A stretch of DNA of 64,000 bases from NCBI RefSeq assembly GCF_054482595.1, contig NZ_CM137008.1; one strand, written 5' to 3'. Under the pieces are notes generated by a model. That model had not been told where the DNA came from. It searched no databases and was given only the letters and a program-made list of their open reading frames with translations. The position numbers and the translations under genes are program-made. This document shows positions 1 to 10,434 of this stretch, piece after piece. The first letter of the stretch is position 1, and each line of letters begins with the position of its first letter.

Positions 1-182
1 GTGTTCAGGGGGCGGATATGAAGACGCTGGCACAAATTAGCGTTCGTCAGCCTTTGCCTCTGCAAGGATTACAATTCCGTGAACTGTTTAGCTGGTTATC
101 CAGTTCGCTGCGTTCGGTTTCCCGCTCCACGCCGGGAACGGAAGTTGTGCTGGAAGCGCCAAAAGGCTGGACGTCAGTGTGA
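1..182 (+). CDS. yegL: vWA-domain protein YegL, 3' end only (partial)
   Basis: Frame 3 is open from the window edge to TGA at 180-182; position upstream of yegK matches K-12 order; stop overlaps the GTG start of next gene. Confidence 0.6.
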
Positions 183-940
183 GCTGGCGTCTGGTCTATG
201 CATCAACCGTTGGAACGTCGCACATCAGCGCGGACTTGCCTTGTCAGGATGCCTGCCAGATGCAGATTGCCTGGTTAAATGACCAGCAGCCATTATTGTC
301 GGTATTTGTCGCTGATGGCGCAGGCAGTGTCTCGCAGGGTGGCGAAGGCGCGATGCTCGCCGTCAATGAAGCGATGGCTTATATGTCGCAAAAAGTGCAG
401 GGCGGGGAATTGGGGCTTAATGATGTCCTCGCCACAAATATGGTACTGACCATTCGTCAACGACTTTTTGCCGAGGCGGAAGCCAAAGAATTAGCGGTTC
501 GCGATTTTGCCTGCACATTTCTGGGACTGATTTCATCGCCTGACGGCACCTTGATTATGCAGATTGGCGATGGCGGCGTGGTGGTAGATTTGGGTCACGG
601 TCTGCAATTGCCTCTCACGCCGATGGCGGGTGAATATGCCAACATGACGCATTTCATTACCGACGAAGATGCCGTTTCCAGACTGGAAACTTTCACCAGC
701 ACTGGGCGTGCGCACAAAGTTGCAGCATTTACGGATGGTATCCAGCGACTGGCGTTAAATATGCTGGATAATTCTCCTCATGTGCCTTTCTTTACCCCGT
801 TTTTCAATGGACTGGCGGCAGCAACGCAGGAACAACTCGATTTATTACCTGAATTGTTAAAGCAGTTTTTGTCCAGCCCGGCGGTAAACGAGCGTACGGA
901 TGATGATAAAACGTTGGCACTGGCGCTGTGGGCAGAGTGA
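179..940 (+). CDS. yegK: PP2C-family Ser/Thr protein phosphatase
   Basis: 253-aa ORF with GTG start; metal-binding motifs typical of PP2C (VADGAGS, DG near C-term); K-12 yegK/pphC length and position. Confidence 0.85.
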
Positions 941-949
941 GTTTCTCAT

Positions 950-977
950 GGCGGTTGAAGACAACAATTCAACCGCC
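950..977. terminator. Hairpin between convergent yegK and yegJ, possible bidirectional terminator
   Basis: 10-bp inverted repeat ggcggttgaa / ttcaaccgcc with 8-nt loop; weak T-run. Confidence 0.4.
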
Positions 978-1004
978 AGTTTAAACAATAAATATAACGG
1001 CTGA

Positions 1005-1466
1005 TTAGCGAACTAATTTTGCTCTTAGCTCGTCGGCTTCTTCTTTTGGATAGGTGACCAATAAAGGATCAATGGTATAACCGCCGTAAATTTTATCCCC
1101 GCGCGTATACATCCAGTCTGAAATATCTTCTTTCTTGATTTTCCACTCCTGGCCATATTCTACGTTTGTAACAATACCAGGGTCATTGCTGATTACGCCA
1201 ATAAACATGCCGTTAGAATAAGTGACATCCGTAAGCCAGAAATGCTCGGTTCTTCCGTGATCGGTTATCGGGGCTTTGACTGCGAAAGTATCGGCATCTT
1301 TTTTATTCATAACCTCGATGAATTTATCGGTTTCTTTCCGCGCATGTTTAATCGCGTCAGACATCGCTTGTTTATCATAACCTCCCGTCACTAACGTATC
1401 CGAAACTTCACTAAAGCCCGCGGTAGTAAAAAATAGCAGACTCAACATAAGTAATATCTTTTTCAT
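1005..1466 (-). CDS. yegJ: Exported DUF2314-like protein with N-terminal signal peptide
   Basis: 153-aa ORF, hydrophobic N-terminus MKKILLMLSLLFFTTAGFS; K-12 yegJ length and position. Confidence 0.85.
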   Translation of the reverse strand: MKKILLMLSLLFFTTAGFSEVSDTLVTGGYDKQAMSDAIKHARKETDKFIEVMNKKDADTFAVKAPITDHGRTEHFWLTDVTYSNGMFIGVISNDPGIVTNVEYGQEWKIKKEDISDWMYTRGDKIYGGYTIDPLLVTYPKEEADELRAKLVR

Positions 1467-1665
1467 TTTTTCTCCAGAATCCCTTTGTAGTCAAAGTTAG
1501 CAAAAACCTGTGGAAGTTAATCATTATCAGGCCGAAATTGAATTGTATCCTGATAAAATTGCATTATCATTTTTATTCTTGAGTGGGTTTTCCCCATATA
1601 GAAATAATTTTAATGGTTAGTTGTTATTATTCATTGAAATATAATATAACTACCCGCGAAATATT

Positions 1666-3612
1666 ATGAAAACAAATATAAAAGTATTTACATCGACAGG
1701 TGAATTGACCACTCTTGGCCGTGAACTGGGCAAAGGTGGTGAAGGCGCGGTTTATGATATCGAGGAGTTTGTCGATAGCGTCGCCAAGATTTATCACACG
1801 CCGCCACCCGCCTTAAAACAGGACAAACTTGCCTTTATGGCTGCGACAGCTGACGCGCAGTTGTTGAATTATGTCGCCTGGCCGCAGGCAACGCTTCACG
1901 GTGGACGAGGCGGAAAAGTTATCGGTTTTATGATGCCAAAAGTTTCTGGTAAAGAACCGATTCATATGATCTATAGCCCGGCACATCGTCGCCAGAGTTA
2001 CCCTCATTGTGCGTGGGATTTTCTACTCTATGTTGCGCGCAATATTGCTTCATCTTTTGCTACGGTTCACGAGCACGGGCACGTCGTGGGTGACGTAAAC
2101 CAGAACAGTTTTATGGTAGGTCGCGACAGCAAAGTGGTACTGATTGATAGCGACTCCTTTCAGATTAACGCCAATGGCACACTGCATTTATGCGAAGTCG
2201 GCGTGTCGCATTTTACGCCGCCAGAGCTACAAACCTTGTCGTCATTTGTCGGCTTTGAACGCACAGAAAATCACGATAATTTTGGCCTTGCGTTGCTGAT
2301 TTTTCACGTCTTGTTTGGTGGCCGGCATCCTTATTCTGGTGTGCCGCTTATCTCTGATGCGGGTAATGCGCTGGAGACGGATATTACCCATTTCCGTTAT
2401 GCCTACGCGTCAGATAATCAGCGACGTGGTTTAAAACCGCCGCCACGATCGATTCCGCTATCGATGTTACCGAGTGATGTTGAAGCCATGTTTCAGCAGG
2501 CATTCACGGAAAGTGGCGTGGCAACCGGGCGTCCGACGGCTAAAGCGTGGGTAGCGGCACTTGATTCTCTGCGCCAACAGTTAAAGAAATGTCCCGTTTC
2601 GGCAATGCATGTTTATCCCGCTCATTTGACCGACTGCCCGTGGTGTGCGCTGGATAATCAAGGCGTTATCTATTTTATTGATCTCGGCGAAGAGGTCATT
2701 ACCACCAGCGGTGATTTTGTGCTGGCGAAAGTCTGGGCGATGGTGATGGCGTCAGTAGCACCGCCAGCATTGCAATTGCCATTACCCGATCATTTCCAAC
2801 CGACTGGCAGGCCGCTTCCTTTAGGCCTGTTACGGCGCGAATACATCATTCTGATTGAGATCGCACTGTCAGCGTTATCGCTGTTGCTTTGCGGCCTTCA
2901 GGCAGAACCGCGTTATATTATTTTGGTTCCTGTGCTGTCGGCTATCTGGATTATTGGCAGTCTGACAAGCAAAGCGTACAAAGCAGAAGTTCAGCAACGC
3001 CGTGAGGCATTTAATCGCGCGAAAATGGACTATGACCATTTAGTCAGCCAGATCCAACAGTTGGGCGGGCTGGAAGGTTTTATCGCCAAACGGACGATGC
3101 TCGAAAAAATGAAGGACGAAATGCTCGGGTTACCGGAAGAAGAAAAACGTGCTCTGGCAGCACTTCACGACACCGCAAGGGAACGGCAGAAGCAGAAGTT
3201 TCTGGAGGGATTTTTTATTGATGTTGCCTCTATTCCCGGCGTTGGCCCTGCGCGTAAAGCGGCGTTACGGTCCTTTGGTATTGAAACAGCAGCGGATGTT
3301 ACCCGTCGTGGGGTTAAGCAAGTGAAAGGGTTTGGTGATCATCTGACCCAGGCAGTTATCGACTGGAAAGCAAGTTGCGAACGCCGTTTTGTGTTCAGGC
3401 CGAATGAAGCGGTAACGCCAGCAGACAGACAAGCGGTAATGGCGAAAATGACCGCCAAACGACATCGGCTGGAATCGACGTTGACTGTCGGCGCGACAGA
3501 GTTGCAGCGATTCCGCCTTCATGCTCCAGCACGGACCATGCCGTTGATGGAACCGTTACGTCAGGCGGCAGAAAAACTGACTCAGGCGCAGGCTGATTTA
3601 AGCCGCTGCTGA
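1666..3612 (+). CDS. yegI: Ser/Thr protein kinase-like protein with two predicted TM helices and C-terminal helix-hairpin-helix
   Basis: 648-aa ORF; kinase-like N-terminal region (GKGGEGAVY glycine loop, HGHVVGDVN catalytic-loop-like); hydrophobic segments ~2836-2970; HhH-like IPGVGPARKAALRSFGIETAADV. Confidence 0.9.
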   Translation: MKTNIKVFTSTGELTTLGRELGKGGEGAVYDIEEFVDSVAKIYHTPPPALKQDKLAFMAATADAQLLNYVAWPQATLHGGRGGKVIGFMMPKVSGKEPIHMIYSPAHRRQSYPHCAWDFLLYVARNIASSFATVHEHGHVVGDVNQNSFMVGRDSKVVLIDSDSFQINANGTLHLCEVGVSHFTPPELQTLSSFVGFERTENHDNFGLALLIFHVLFGGRHPYSGVPLISDAGNALETDITHFRYAYASDNQRRGLKPPPRSIPLSMLPSDVEAMFQQAFTESGVATGRPTAKAWVAALDSLRQQLKKCPVSAMHVYPAHLTDCPWCALDNQGVIYFIDLGEEVITTSGDFVLAKVWAMVMASVAPPALQLPLPDHFQPTGRPLPLGLLRREYIILIEIALSALSLLLCGLQAEPRYIILVPVLSAIWIIGSLTSKAYKAEVQQRREAFNRAKMDYDHLVSQIQQLGGLEGFIAKRTMLEKMKDEMLGLPEEEKRALAALHDTARERQKQKFLEGFFIDVASIPGVGPARKAALRSFGIETAADVTRRGVKQVKGFGDHLTQAVIDWKASCERRFVFRPNEAVTPADRQAVMAKMTAKRHRLESTLTVGATELQRFRLHAPARTMPLMEPLRQAAEKLTQAQADLSRC

Positions 3613-3623
3613 GCCATTTTCTT

Positions 3624-4976
3624 TTAACGAAATACCACTTCTGCCCAGCGTGCCAGCCCGGCGGTGACGGAGCCAAAGTCATCGCCGCCTGCAATCGGAA
3701 TGCCCGGCAACTGTTCTGCCAGCGCTTTTTTAATCAGCGGCGAACGGGCGCTACCGCCGGTCAGGTAGATAACGTCCGGTTTTTCCTGGGCGTTATCCAG
3801 CGCCAGTTGCACCTGTTCCAGAATCCGCGCCAGTGGCTGGCTGAGGGCGCTTTCCAGCCCTTGCTGGCTAATCAGCGTAGCCAGTTCATCGCTGATAAAC
3901 GGCAGTGAGGCGCGGGTTTCCGCAGTGCTTGAAAGGGCGATTTTGCTCTCTTCTGCGCTACGCACCAGGCGATAGCTTAAACGCTGACGCCAGACTTTCT
4001 GTAACAGGGCCACTTTTTCCGGTTCGCGGGCATCGCGTACCAGATCGTTAAGCAGACGACCGTTGGCACTACTGTAGAAATCACTCTGTGCAGGAACGTC
4101 GTTGATGGCAACCGCATTCCACCACGGCAGAATCGGCAGGGCGATGCCTTTTTCGGTTTCGCCACCCATGCCCAGTAACGGCATCAGGTTTTTAAACGCC
4201 AGCGCGATATCCAGATCGTTACCGCCAATACGGCAACCACTGTGACCCAGCAGGCTGGCTTCACGATCGAGACGCGAACGCCACTGCGGCCCCATCAGCA
4301 GCAATGAACAGTCAGTCGTACCACCGCCGATATCCACCACCAGCACCCGTTTTTCTTCCTGCAAGGTGGCTTCGTAATCCAGCCCAGCCGCGACCGGCTC
4401 GTACTGGAATACCACGTCCCTGAATCCGGCACGCTTCGCCGCGCGTTCCAGAATCCCTTGCGCCTGGGTGTTTGCTTCATCACCGCCCAGCCCCTGGAAG
4501 TTGATCGGACGACCAATCACCGCCTGAGTAATCGCTTCTGGCAGCTGTGCCTGCGCCTGCTGGCGAATGTGCAACATCATTGCGCAGACCAGATCCTCAA
4601 ACAGCGCTACCTGCTGCGGTTTTAAGCCGCTGGCACCGAGGAACGATTTTGGTGATTTCACAAACCACACTTCTTCTGGATCATCAATGTACTGTGCCAG
4701 TGAGGAAAGACCGAACTGCACGCTTTTCGCCGTAACATCGATATCTTCTTCGCGGTTATAACGAATCGCCCGACGTAACAGCGCCTGCGTTTCATCGTCG
4801 TCTGCCGGAACATCATGATGGCGGTACAGCCATTCGCTTACCGCTTCACGCGTTGGCGCGCAAAGCATTGAAGGCAGCAGCGTGCTGTCGTTTTCCATTT
4901 TTAGCAAATGCGGTTTACCGTCACGCATGACCGCCACTGAACAGTTTGCTGTACCGTAATCAAAACCAATAAACAC
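3624..4976 (-). CDS. yegD: Hsp70-family (actin-like ATPase) chaperone YegD
   Basis: 450-aa ORF, N-terminal FIGFDYGTANCSVAV phosphate-1 motif of Hsp70/actin fold. Confidence 0.9.
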   Translation of the reverse strand: MFIGFDYGTANCSVAVMRDGKPHLLKMENDSTLLPSMLCAPTREAVSEWLYRHHDVPADDDETQALLRRAIRYNREEDIDVTAKSVQFGLSSLAQYIDDPEEVWFVKSPKSFLGASGLKPQQVALFEDLVCAMMLHIRQQAQAQLPEAITQAVIGRPINFQGLGGDEANTQAQGILERAAKRAGFRDVVFQYEPVAAGLDYEATLQEEKRVLVVDIGGGTTDCSLLLMGPQWRSRLDREASLLGHSGCRIGGNDLDIALAFKNLMPLLGMGGETEKGIALPILPWWNAVAINDVPAQSDFYSSANGRLLNDLVRDAREPEKVALLQKVWRQRLSYRLVRSAEESKIALSSTAETRASLPFISDELATLISQQGLESALSQPLARILEQVQLALDNAQEKPDVIYLTGGSARSPLIKKALAEQLPGIPIAGGDDFGSVTAGLARWAEVVFR

Positions 4977-5109
4977 GAATTAATCCCCATGCCGGTGAAG
5001 AAGGGGCGTGACTTTAGCGAAATGTTGCCGTCGCGACAACCGGAATATGAAAGCAAAGCGTAGCGTCTGAATAACGTTTATGCTGAAAGCGGATGAATAA
5101 GGAGATGCG

Positions 5110-5958
5110 ATGTATACCCTGAACTGGCAGCCGCCGTATGACTGGTCGTGGATGTTGGGATTTCTCGCCGCCCGTGCGGTGAGCGGTGTGGAAACGGTCG
5201 CGGACAGTTATTATGCCCGTAGTCTGGCGGTGGGCGAATATCGCGGCGTGGTGACTGCTATTCCGGATATAGCCCGCCATACTCTGCACATAAATTTAAG
5301 TGCAGGTTTAGAACCTGTTGCCGCAGAGTGTCTGGCGAAAATGAGCCGCCTGTTTGATCTGCAATGTAACCCACAAATTGTTAACGGTGCGTTGGGCAGG
5401 TTAGGCGCGGCGCGGCCCGGATTGCGTTTACCCGGCAGTGTTGATGCTTTTGAGCAGGGCGTGCGGGCGATTTTAGGCCAACTGGTGAGCGTGGCGATGG
5501 CGGCAAAATTGACTGCCAAAGTGGTACAGCTTTATGGCGAACGGCTGGATGATTTTCCGGAGTATATCTGCTTCCCCACGCCTCAGCGGCTGGCAGCAGC
5601 CGACCCGCAGGCATTAAAAGCGTTAGGTATGCCGTTGAAACGGGCAGAGGCGCTGATTCATCTGGCAAATGCGGCGCTGGAGGGCACCTTACCAATGACA
5701 ATACCGGGCGATGTGGAGCAGGCGATGAAAACGCTGCAAACTTTTCCGGGTATCGGGCGCTGGACGGCGAATTATTTTGCTTTGCGTGGCTGGCAGACGA
5801 AAGATGTTTTCCTGCCGGATGATTATCTGATTAAACAGCGATTTCCGGGAATGACACCGGCACAAATCCGCCTTTATGCCGAACGCTGGAAGCCCTGGCG
5901 TTCTTATGCGCTGTTGCATATCTGGTATACGGAAGGCTGGCAACCAGACGAAGCATGA
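5110..5958 (+). CDS. alkA: 3-methyladenine DNA glycosylase II
   Basis: 282-aa ORF, HhH-GPD glycosylase region (FPGIGRWTANYFALRG), matches AlkA. Confidence 0.9.
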   Translation: MYTLNWQPPYDWSWMLGFLAARAVSGVETVADSYYARSLAVGEYRGVVTAIPDIARHTLHINLSAGLEPVAAECLAKMSRLFDLQCNPQIVNGALGRLGAARPGLRLPGSVDAFEQGVRAILGQLVSVAMAAKLTAKVVQLYGERLDDFPEYICFPTPQRLAAADPQALKALGMPLKRAEALIHLANAALEGTLPMTIPGDVEQAMKTLQTFPGIGRWTANYFALRGWQTKDVFLPDDYLIKQRFPGMTPAQIRLYAERWKPWRSYALLHIWYTEGWQPDEA

Positions 5959-5965
5959 CGTTGGT

Positions 5966-6050
5966 CGCCGGATGCGGTGCGAGCGCCTTATCCGGCCTGG
6001 AGAATGAGCGATTTGTAGGCATGATAAGACGCGTTAGCGTCGCATCAGGC
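5966..6050. repeat. REP (repetitive extragenic palindrome) pair between convergent alkA and dgcE
   Basis: gccggatgcg...cgccttatccggcc and gtaggc...gataagacgcg...cgtcgcatcaggc REP consensus. Confidence 0.7.
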
Positions 6051-6066
6051 GATGGGGAAGCACGCC

Positions 6067-9000
6067 TCAGTTAATCGCGAAATAACTACTATTCACCAGC
6101 AAATCCAGCGGTTGGGCATCGGCAATCACATCACCATAAATCAGATCGACGCCGATGCCAGAAAGCGTATCCATCACTAAGGGTAAAACGACTGGCCCGG
6201 CGATGGTTTTCATCCCGAGTCGCTGAGCGTGCCCCTGAATAATCGTAATCAGCATCTCATCCATCAAATTACCCTGCACGTTGGCGCATAACTCACCATC
6301 AAGTAGCAGGTAATCTGCCATATTCGCTTTCAGCGAGTTGAAGATTTGCAGATCGCGGCCCACCTGGCTGAGTATTATCCGACATCCCGCCAGCCGCAGT
6401 TTTTGCACGCTTTCTGCGTGATCTAAAATCGCTTCAGCCGGAATAATCAGATGTAATAACCGTGGTGGTAGAGGGCTATTTTCCAGCTGCTCAAGCAGAT
6501 CATTCACCAGCGTGGCGCTACTCAAACCGGCAACGGAAAGGGGGAGGGCGATGCTTATGCCTTTACTGGCAACCGCTTTTGCGGCCTGCTGGAAAAATTC
6601 GTGGAATACCCGGCGGTCAAAAGCATGGCTAAGCGCCGGATCGCTGAAGCTACGACGAAATGTTTGTTCATCAATAATCTCGCCTTCGCAACTCCAGAGC
6701 TTAAGTGAAATCAGCCACAAATTACGCGCTTCCGGGATCCGTGGCGAAGCGACACCGTGGGCCATCATCATCAACTGATTCTCTTTAATCATCCGCCACT
6801 GTTCATCAAGCGACATCGCCGCCCGTTCGCTATGTGCGGCAGCTTGCTGCGGTTCGTAAACCGTCACCCGGCCCCGGCCACCATTTTTGGAGGCATAACA
6901 GGCGATATCAGCCTGCGACATCACTTCTGCCGCCTGATGATTGTTGTCATCGATCAAGGTAATCCCGGCGCTGGCACCTACCCGATGTACACGTCCTTCC
7001 CAGATAAAGTGATAGTCATTCACAGCACTGATAATACGTGTAGCGATAAAACGCGCACTTTCGACATTGCAGTCTGGCAGCAGCAGACCAAATTCATCAC
7101 CGCCGAGCCGCGCCAGCACGTCGCTGGAGCGCAGCATGCTCAGCATCAACGACGCCAGTTCGCGCAGCAAAGCGTCGCCAGCGGCATGCCCGGCGCTGTC
7201 ATTCACCGCTTTAAAGCGATCAAGATCGATAAACACCAGTGCATGTCGCTGATGCGTACTGTTTACCGTTTGCAGCAGGATACGCAGTTGTTTCTCAAAA
7301 CTGGCGCGGTTGGCGAGATGCGTCAGTGCATCATGGGAGGCGCTGTAGCTCAGCTGGCGCAGCATTTTGCGTGATTCGGTAACGTCCTGAATCACCAGAA
7401 CCGAACCAATATTGCTGCCGTCCAGAGTACTTAACGGCGTAATACTGTAATGCACGTCGTAACTGCCGCCGCTCCGACAGTGCAACACCACATCTTGTTC
7501 GATCGCGGAACGTGAGGTGTCGGCACTGTAAATGTTCTCCATTAATGGTCCGTTGTCGCCAAAAGTAATATGCAACACCGTCAGGAGCGGAACACCTAAC
7601 GCTTCTTCCTGCGTCCAGCCGCTCATCTTCTCCGCCACTGGATTCATAAAGGTAATTTTCATCGCCATATCAATACAGACCACGGCTTCGCCGATGGAGT
7701 CCAGCGTAATGTGCAGGCGCTCTTTTTCCTGAAACAATGCCTCGTTAAGCTGTTTAACCTCGGTCATATCCATATTAATGCCGAGCAGGCGTTCGACTTC
7801 GCCTTCTTTATTCAGTACCCGGTTGGCGAGGGCGCGGATATGGCGGATGCCATCTTTCACGGCAATGCGAAATTCCAGCTTAAAGGGCGAGCGTGATTGC
7901 AACGAATCACGAATCACTTTTTCGGCATGCTGGCGATCTTCCGGCAGCACGCACTCGTACCACACCTGCCAGTTCGGTTTGATATGCGGAGGAATTTCAT
8001 ACAGCTCGAACATCCGCTTATCCCAGCTAAAAATATTCGGCTTCAACTCCCACTCCCAGATGCCAATCCCGCCCGCTTCGTTAGCCAGCGTGATGCGTTC
8101 CATCAGTTGCTGATTCACCTGTTCGGTGCGTTTTAGCTCGTTAATGTCTTCAATCTGAGCGATAAAATAGAGCGGCGTGCCATCCGTGTGGCGCACCAGT
8201 GAGACGGCAAGCAACGCCCAGACAACATCGCCATTACGGTTGTAGTAGCGTTTTTCCATTGAATAGGTGTTTATTTCACCGCTTATCAGCTTTTCAACCT
8301 GTTGGAGATCTTTATTGAGATCCTCCGGCCAGGTCAGTTGCTGAAAGGTGAGTCCGCGCAGCTCTTCCTGACTGTAACCGAGAAACTGGCAGAGTGCTTT
8401 GTTGGATTGCAGCCATTGTCCCTCGGTGCCCACTAATGCCATGCCGATGGCGGAATATTCCATGGCGTTCCGAAAGCGGGTTTCGCTTTCGGAAATGTGT
8501 TTGCGTTCCGCACGAAAGGCATACATCACCATGGTCATGATGTTGGCGGGCAGCAGGATCAGCAAAAACGGTAGCCACGGCATATGGGTCATCAGGTACG
8601 TACGCGGCGTAGCAAGCAGGGAGGGATCCGCGGCCATCATCAGCGACACCATCATCACCGTGGTAAGGAAGATCAAAAAGGCTTCCATTCGTGGCAGGCG
8701 CACGGCGCTCCACATCAACAGCACAATAATGAAAGTAAAAGGCCACGGCAGATACAGCATCGAAAGCCAGCTTAACGTCAGTGTGATGGCTAACGTAAGC
8801 AGCGACTCAAAAAGCAATCGTGGGTTGCGATGGCGCAGCAGATAGTGTGGTTTAAATAACAATCCCAGCGGCACCAGTGCCAGAGCGCCGATGGATTCTG
8901 ACAGTACCCATATCAAAAATGCCCTGAGAGGATCGTCTCCGGGCGTCAGCAGGACAACCAGAACACCCCCCAACAGAGGCGGAACAATGGCGCTGCCGAG

Positions 9001-9384
9001 TGCCAGACGCAGCCAGTCAGCCAGATTTTGCAAGGGGTTATACCACGGCAGCAATTTACGTAGCAGCACTGCCCCGACCACGGCTTCAACAATATTGATG
9101 GTCGTCCAGGTCATGTTCAGCGAGCTGGTGGAAAAAAGCAGGATGGATGCGGCGATATTTCCCAGCGAACAGCTCAGCGCAATTCCCGGCCACATGCGCC
9201 CGGCATGGCGATAAAACGCCACCATCATGATGGACGTCGGGAACCACAGTGGGGCGAGTTGGGTGCCAAACTGCGAAAGCTCAAGCGAGAAAAGGGTGAA
9301 GATAAACGAGACTAAACCTAAACTGACCAGGTGAAGCAGCGGGTGGGGCAGGGCAATTAATACATGCTGTGATTGTTTGCTCAT
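6067..9384 (-). CDS. dgcE: Diguanylate cyclase DgcE (MASE1-PAS-GGDEF with EAL-like C-terminus)
   Basis: 1105-aa ORF; multi-TM N-terminus, PAS regions, RLGGDEFGLLL GGDEF motif; K-12 yegE length. Confidence 0.9.
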   Translation of the reverse strand: MSKQSQHVLIALPHPLLHLVSLGLVSFIFTLFSLELSQFGTQLAPLWFPTSIMMVAFYRHAGRMWPGIALSCSLGNIAASILLFSTSSLNMTWTTINIVEAVVGAVLLRKLLPWYNPLQNLADWLRLALGSAIVPPLLGGVLVVLLTPGDDPLRAFLIWVLSESIGALALVPLGLLFKPHYLLRHRNPRLLFESLLTLAITLTLSWLSMLYLPWPFTFIIVLLMWSAVRLPRMEAFLIFLTTVMMVSLMMAADPSLLATPRTYLMTHMPWLPFLLILLPANIMTMVMYAFRAERKHISESETRFRNAMEYSAIGMALVGTEGQWLQSNKALCQFLGYSQEELRGLTFQQLTWPEDLNKDLQQVEKLISGEINTYSMEKRYYNRNGDVVWALLAVSLVRHTDGTPLYFIAQIEDINELKRTEQVNQQLMERITLANEAGGIGIWEWELKPNIFSWDKRMFELYEIPPHIKPNWQVWYECVLPEDRQHAEKVIRDSLQSRSPFKLEFRIAVKDGIRHIRALANRVLNKEGEVERLLGINMDMTEVKQLNEALFQEKERLHITLDSIGEAVVCIDMAMKITFMNPVAEKMSGWTQEEALGVPLLTVLHITFGDNGPLMENIYSADTSRSAIEQDVVLHCRSGGSYDVHYSITPLSTLDGSNIGSVLVIQDVTESRKMLRQLSYSASHDALTHLANRASFEKQLRILLQTVNSTHQRHALVFIDLDRFKAVNDSAGHAAGDALLRELASLMLSMLRSSDVLARLGGDEFGLLLPDCNVESARFIATRIISAVNDYHFIWEGRVHRVGASAGITLIDDNNHQAAEVMSQADIACYASKNGGRGRVTVYEPQQAAAHSERAAMSLDEQWRMIKENQLMMMAHGVASPRIPEARNLWLISLKLWSCEGEIIDEQTFRRSFSDPALSHAFDRRVFHEFFQQAAKAVASKGISIALPLSVAGLSSATLVNDLLEQLENSPLPPRLLHLIIPAEAILDHAESVQKLRLAGCRIILSQVGRDLQIFNSLKANMADYLLLDGELCANVQGNLMDEMLITIIQGHAQRLGMKTIAGPVVLPLVMDTLSGIGVDLIYGDVIADAQPLDLLVNSSYFAIN

Positions 9385-9701
9385 TACCGCTTTATCCGCA
9401 AGACCTGGTCGCCAGTATTCGTTTCTGTGTTTATGCTAGTACAAAAGTTTTACATTTTATATGCGAATTGCTCATAAAGTGACGTAAAGGCGGATAATTT
9501 GCGCAACTGCGTATAACATTTTTTACCTTACATAAAACTGATCAATGTAATTTGCCACCGGGAATTCTTCGTCAACAATTAACTCTGAGCGCGCGGCAAC
9601 GCTATTCGACTGGTATCAGGCGGATGAAATCCCTATAATTGCCGCGTTTGGCGCTTCGTCGCCCCCTTCCTAACATCCAGGTTAATCAGGTCGCTAAATA
9701 T

Positions 9702-10343
9702 ATGACTGATCAGTCTCATCAGTGCGTCATTATCGGTATCGCTGGCGCATCGGCTTCCGGCAAGAGTCTTATTGCCAGTACCCTTTATCGTGAATTACGT
9801 GAGCAAGTCGGTGATGAACACATCGGCGTAATTCCCGAAGACTGCTATTACAAAGATCAAAGCCATCTGTCGATGGAAGAACGCGTTAAGACCAACTACG
9901 ACCATCCCAGCGCGATGGATCACAGCCTGCTGCTTGAGCATTTACAAGCGTTGAAACGCGGCTCGGCAATTGACCTGCCGGTTTACAGCTATGTTGAACA
10001 TACGCGTATGAAAGAAACGGTGACGGTTGAGCCGAAGAAGGTCATCATTCTCGAAGGCATTTTGTTGCTGACGGATGCGCGTTTGCGTGACGAACTTAAC
10101 TTCTCCATTTTCGTTGATACCCCGCTGGATATCTGCCTGATGCGCCGCATCAAGCGTGACGTTAACGAGCGTGGGCGTTCAATGGATTCAGTGATGGCGC
10201 AATATCAAAAAACCGTGCGCCCGATGTTCCTGCAATTCATTGAGCCTTCTAAACAATATGCGGACATTATCGTGCCGCGCGGCGGGAAAAACCGCATCGC
10301 GATCGATATATTGAAAGCGAAAATAAGTCAGTTCTTTGAATAA
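9702..10343 (+). CDS. udk: Uridine/cytidine kinase
   Basis: 213 aa from ATG at 9702 ([23 protein letters not shown]-loop); the track ORF start at 9639 is an upstream extension. Confidence 0.95.
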
Positions 10344-10434
10344 GCTTGATAAATTGTGTACCGTTCAGTGATAACCTGGTATGCCCTTGACGTAATTGGC
10401 GTTAAGGGAGTGATGCGCGAAAGGAGAAAATGCC

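Noticed and set aside
79-282. 67-aa plus-strand ORF at the window start
   Set aside because: Out of frame with, and overlapping, the yegL tail and the yegK start, which together account for this region
6757-7374. 205-aa plus-strand ORF
   Set aside because: Antisense to dgcE; rejected
9605-9639. Candidate sigma70 promoter for udk (TATAAT at 9634-9639)
   Set aside because: Good -10 hexamer but no convincing -35 at 17-bp spacing; left as unconfirmed
9639-9701. N-terminal extensions offered by the ORF track (udk at 9639 shown; similarly wzc 16962, wcaD 21785, cpsG 29797, wcaK 34339, wzzB 50839, hisG 59045, hisD 58110, yegH 14814)
   Set aside because: Each has an internal ATG with better RBS context that gives the known protein length; several of the extended starts are GTG/TTG or lie inside repeats
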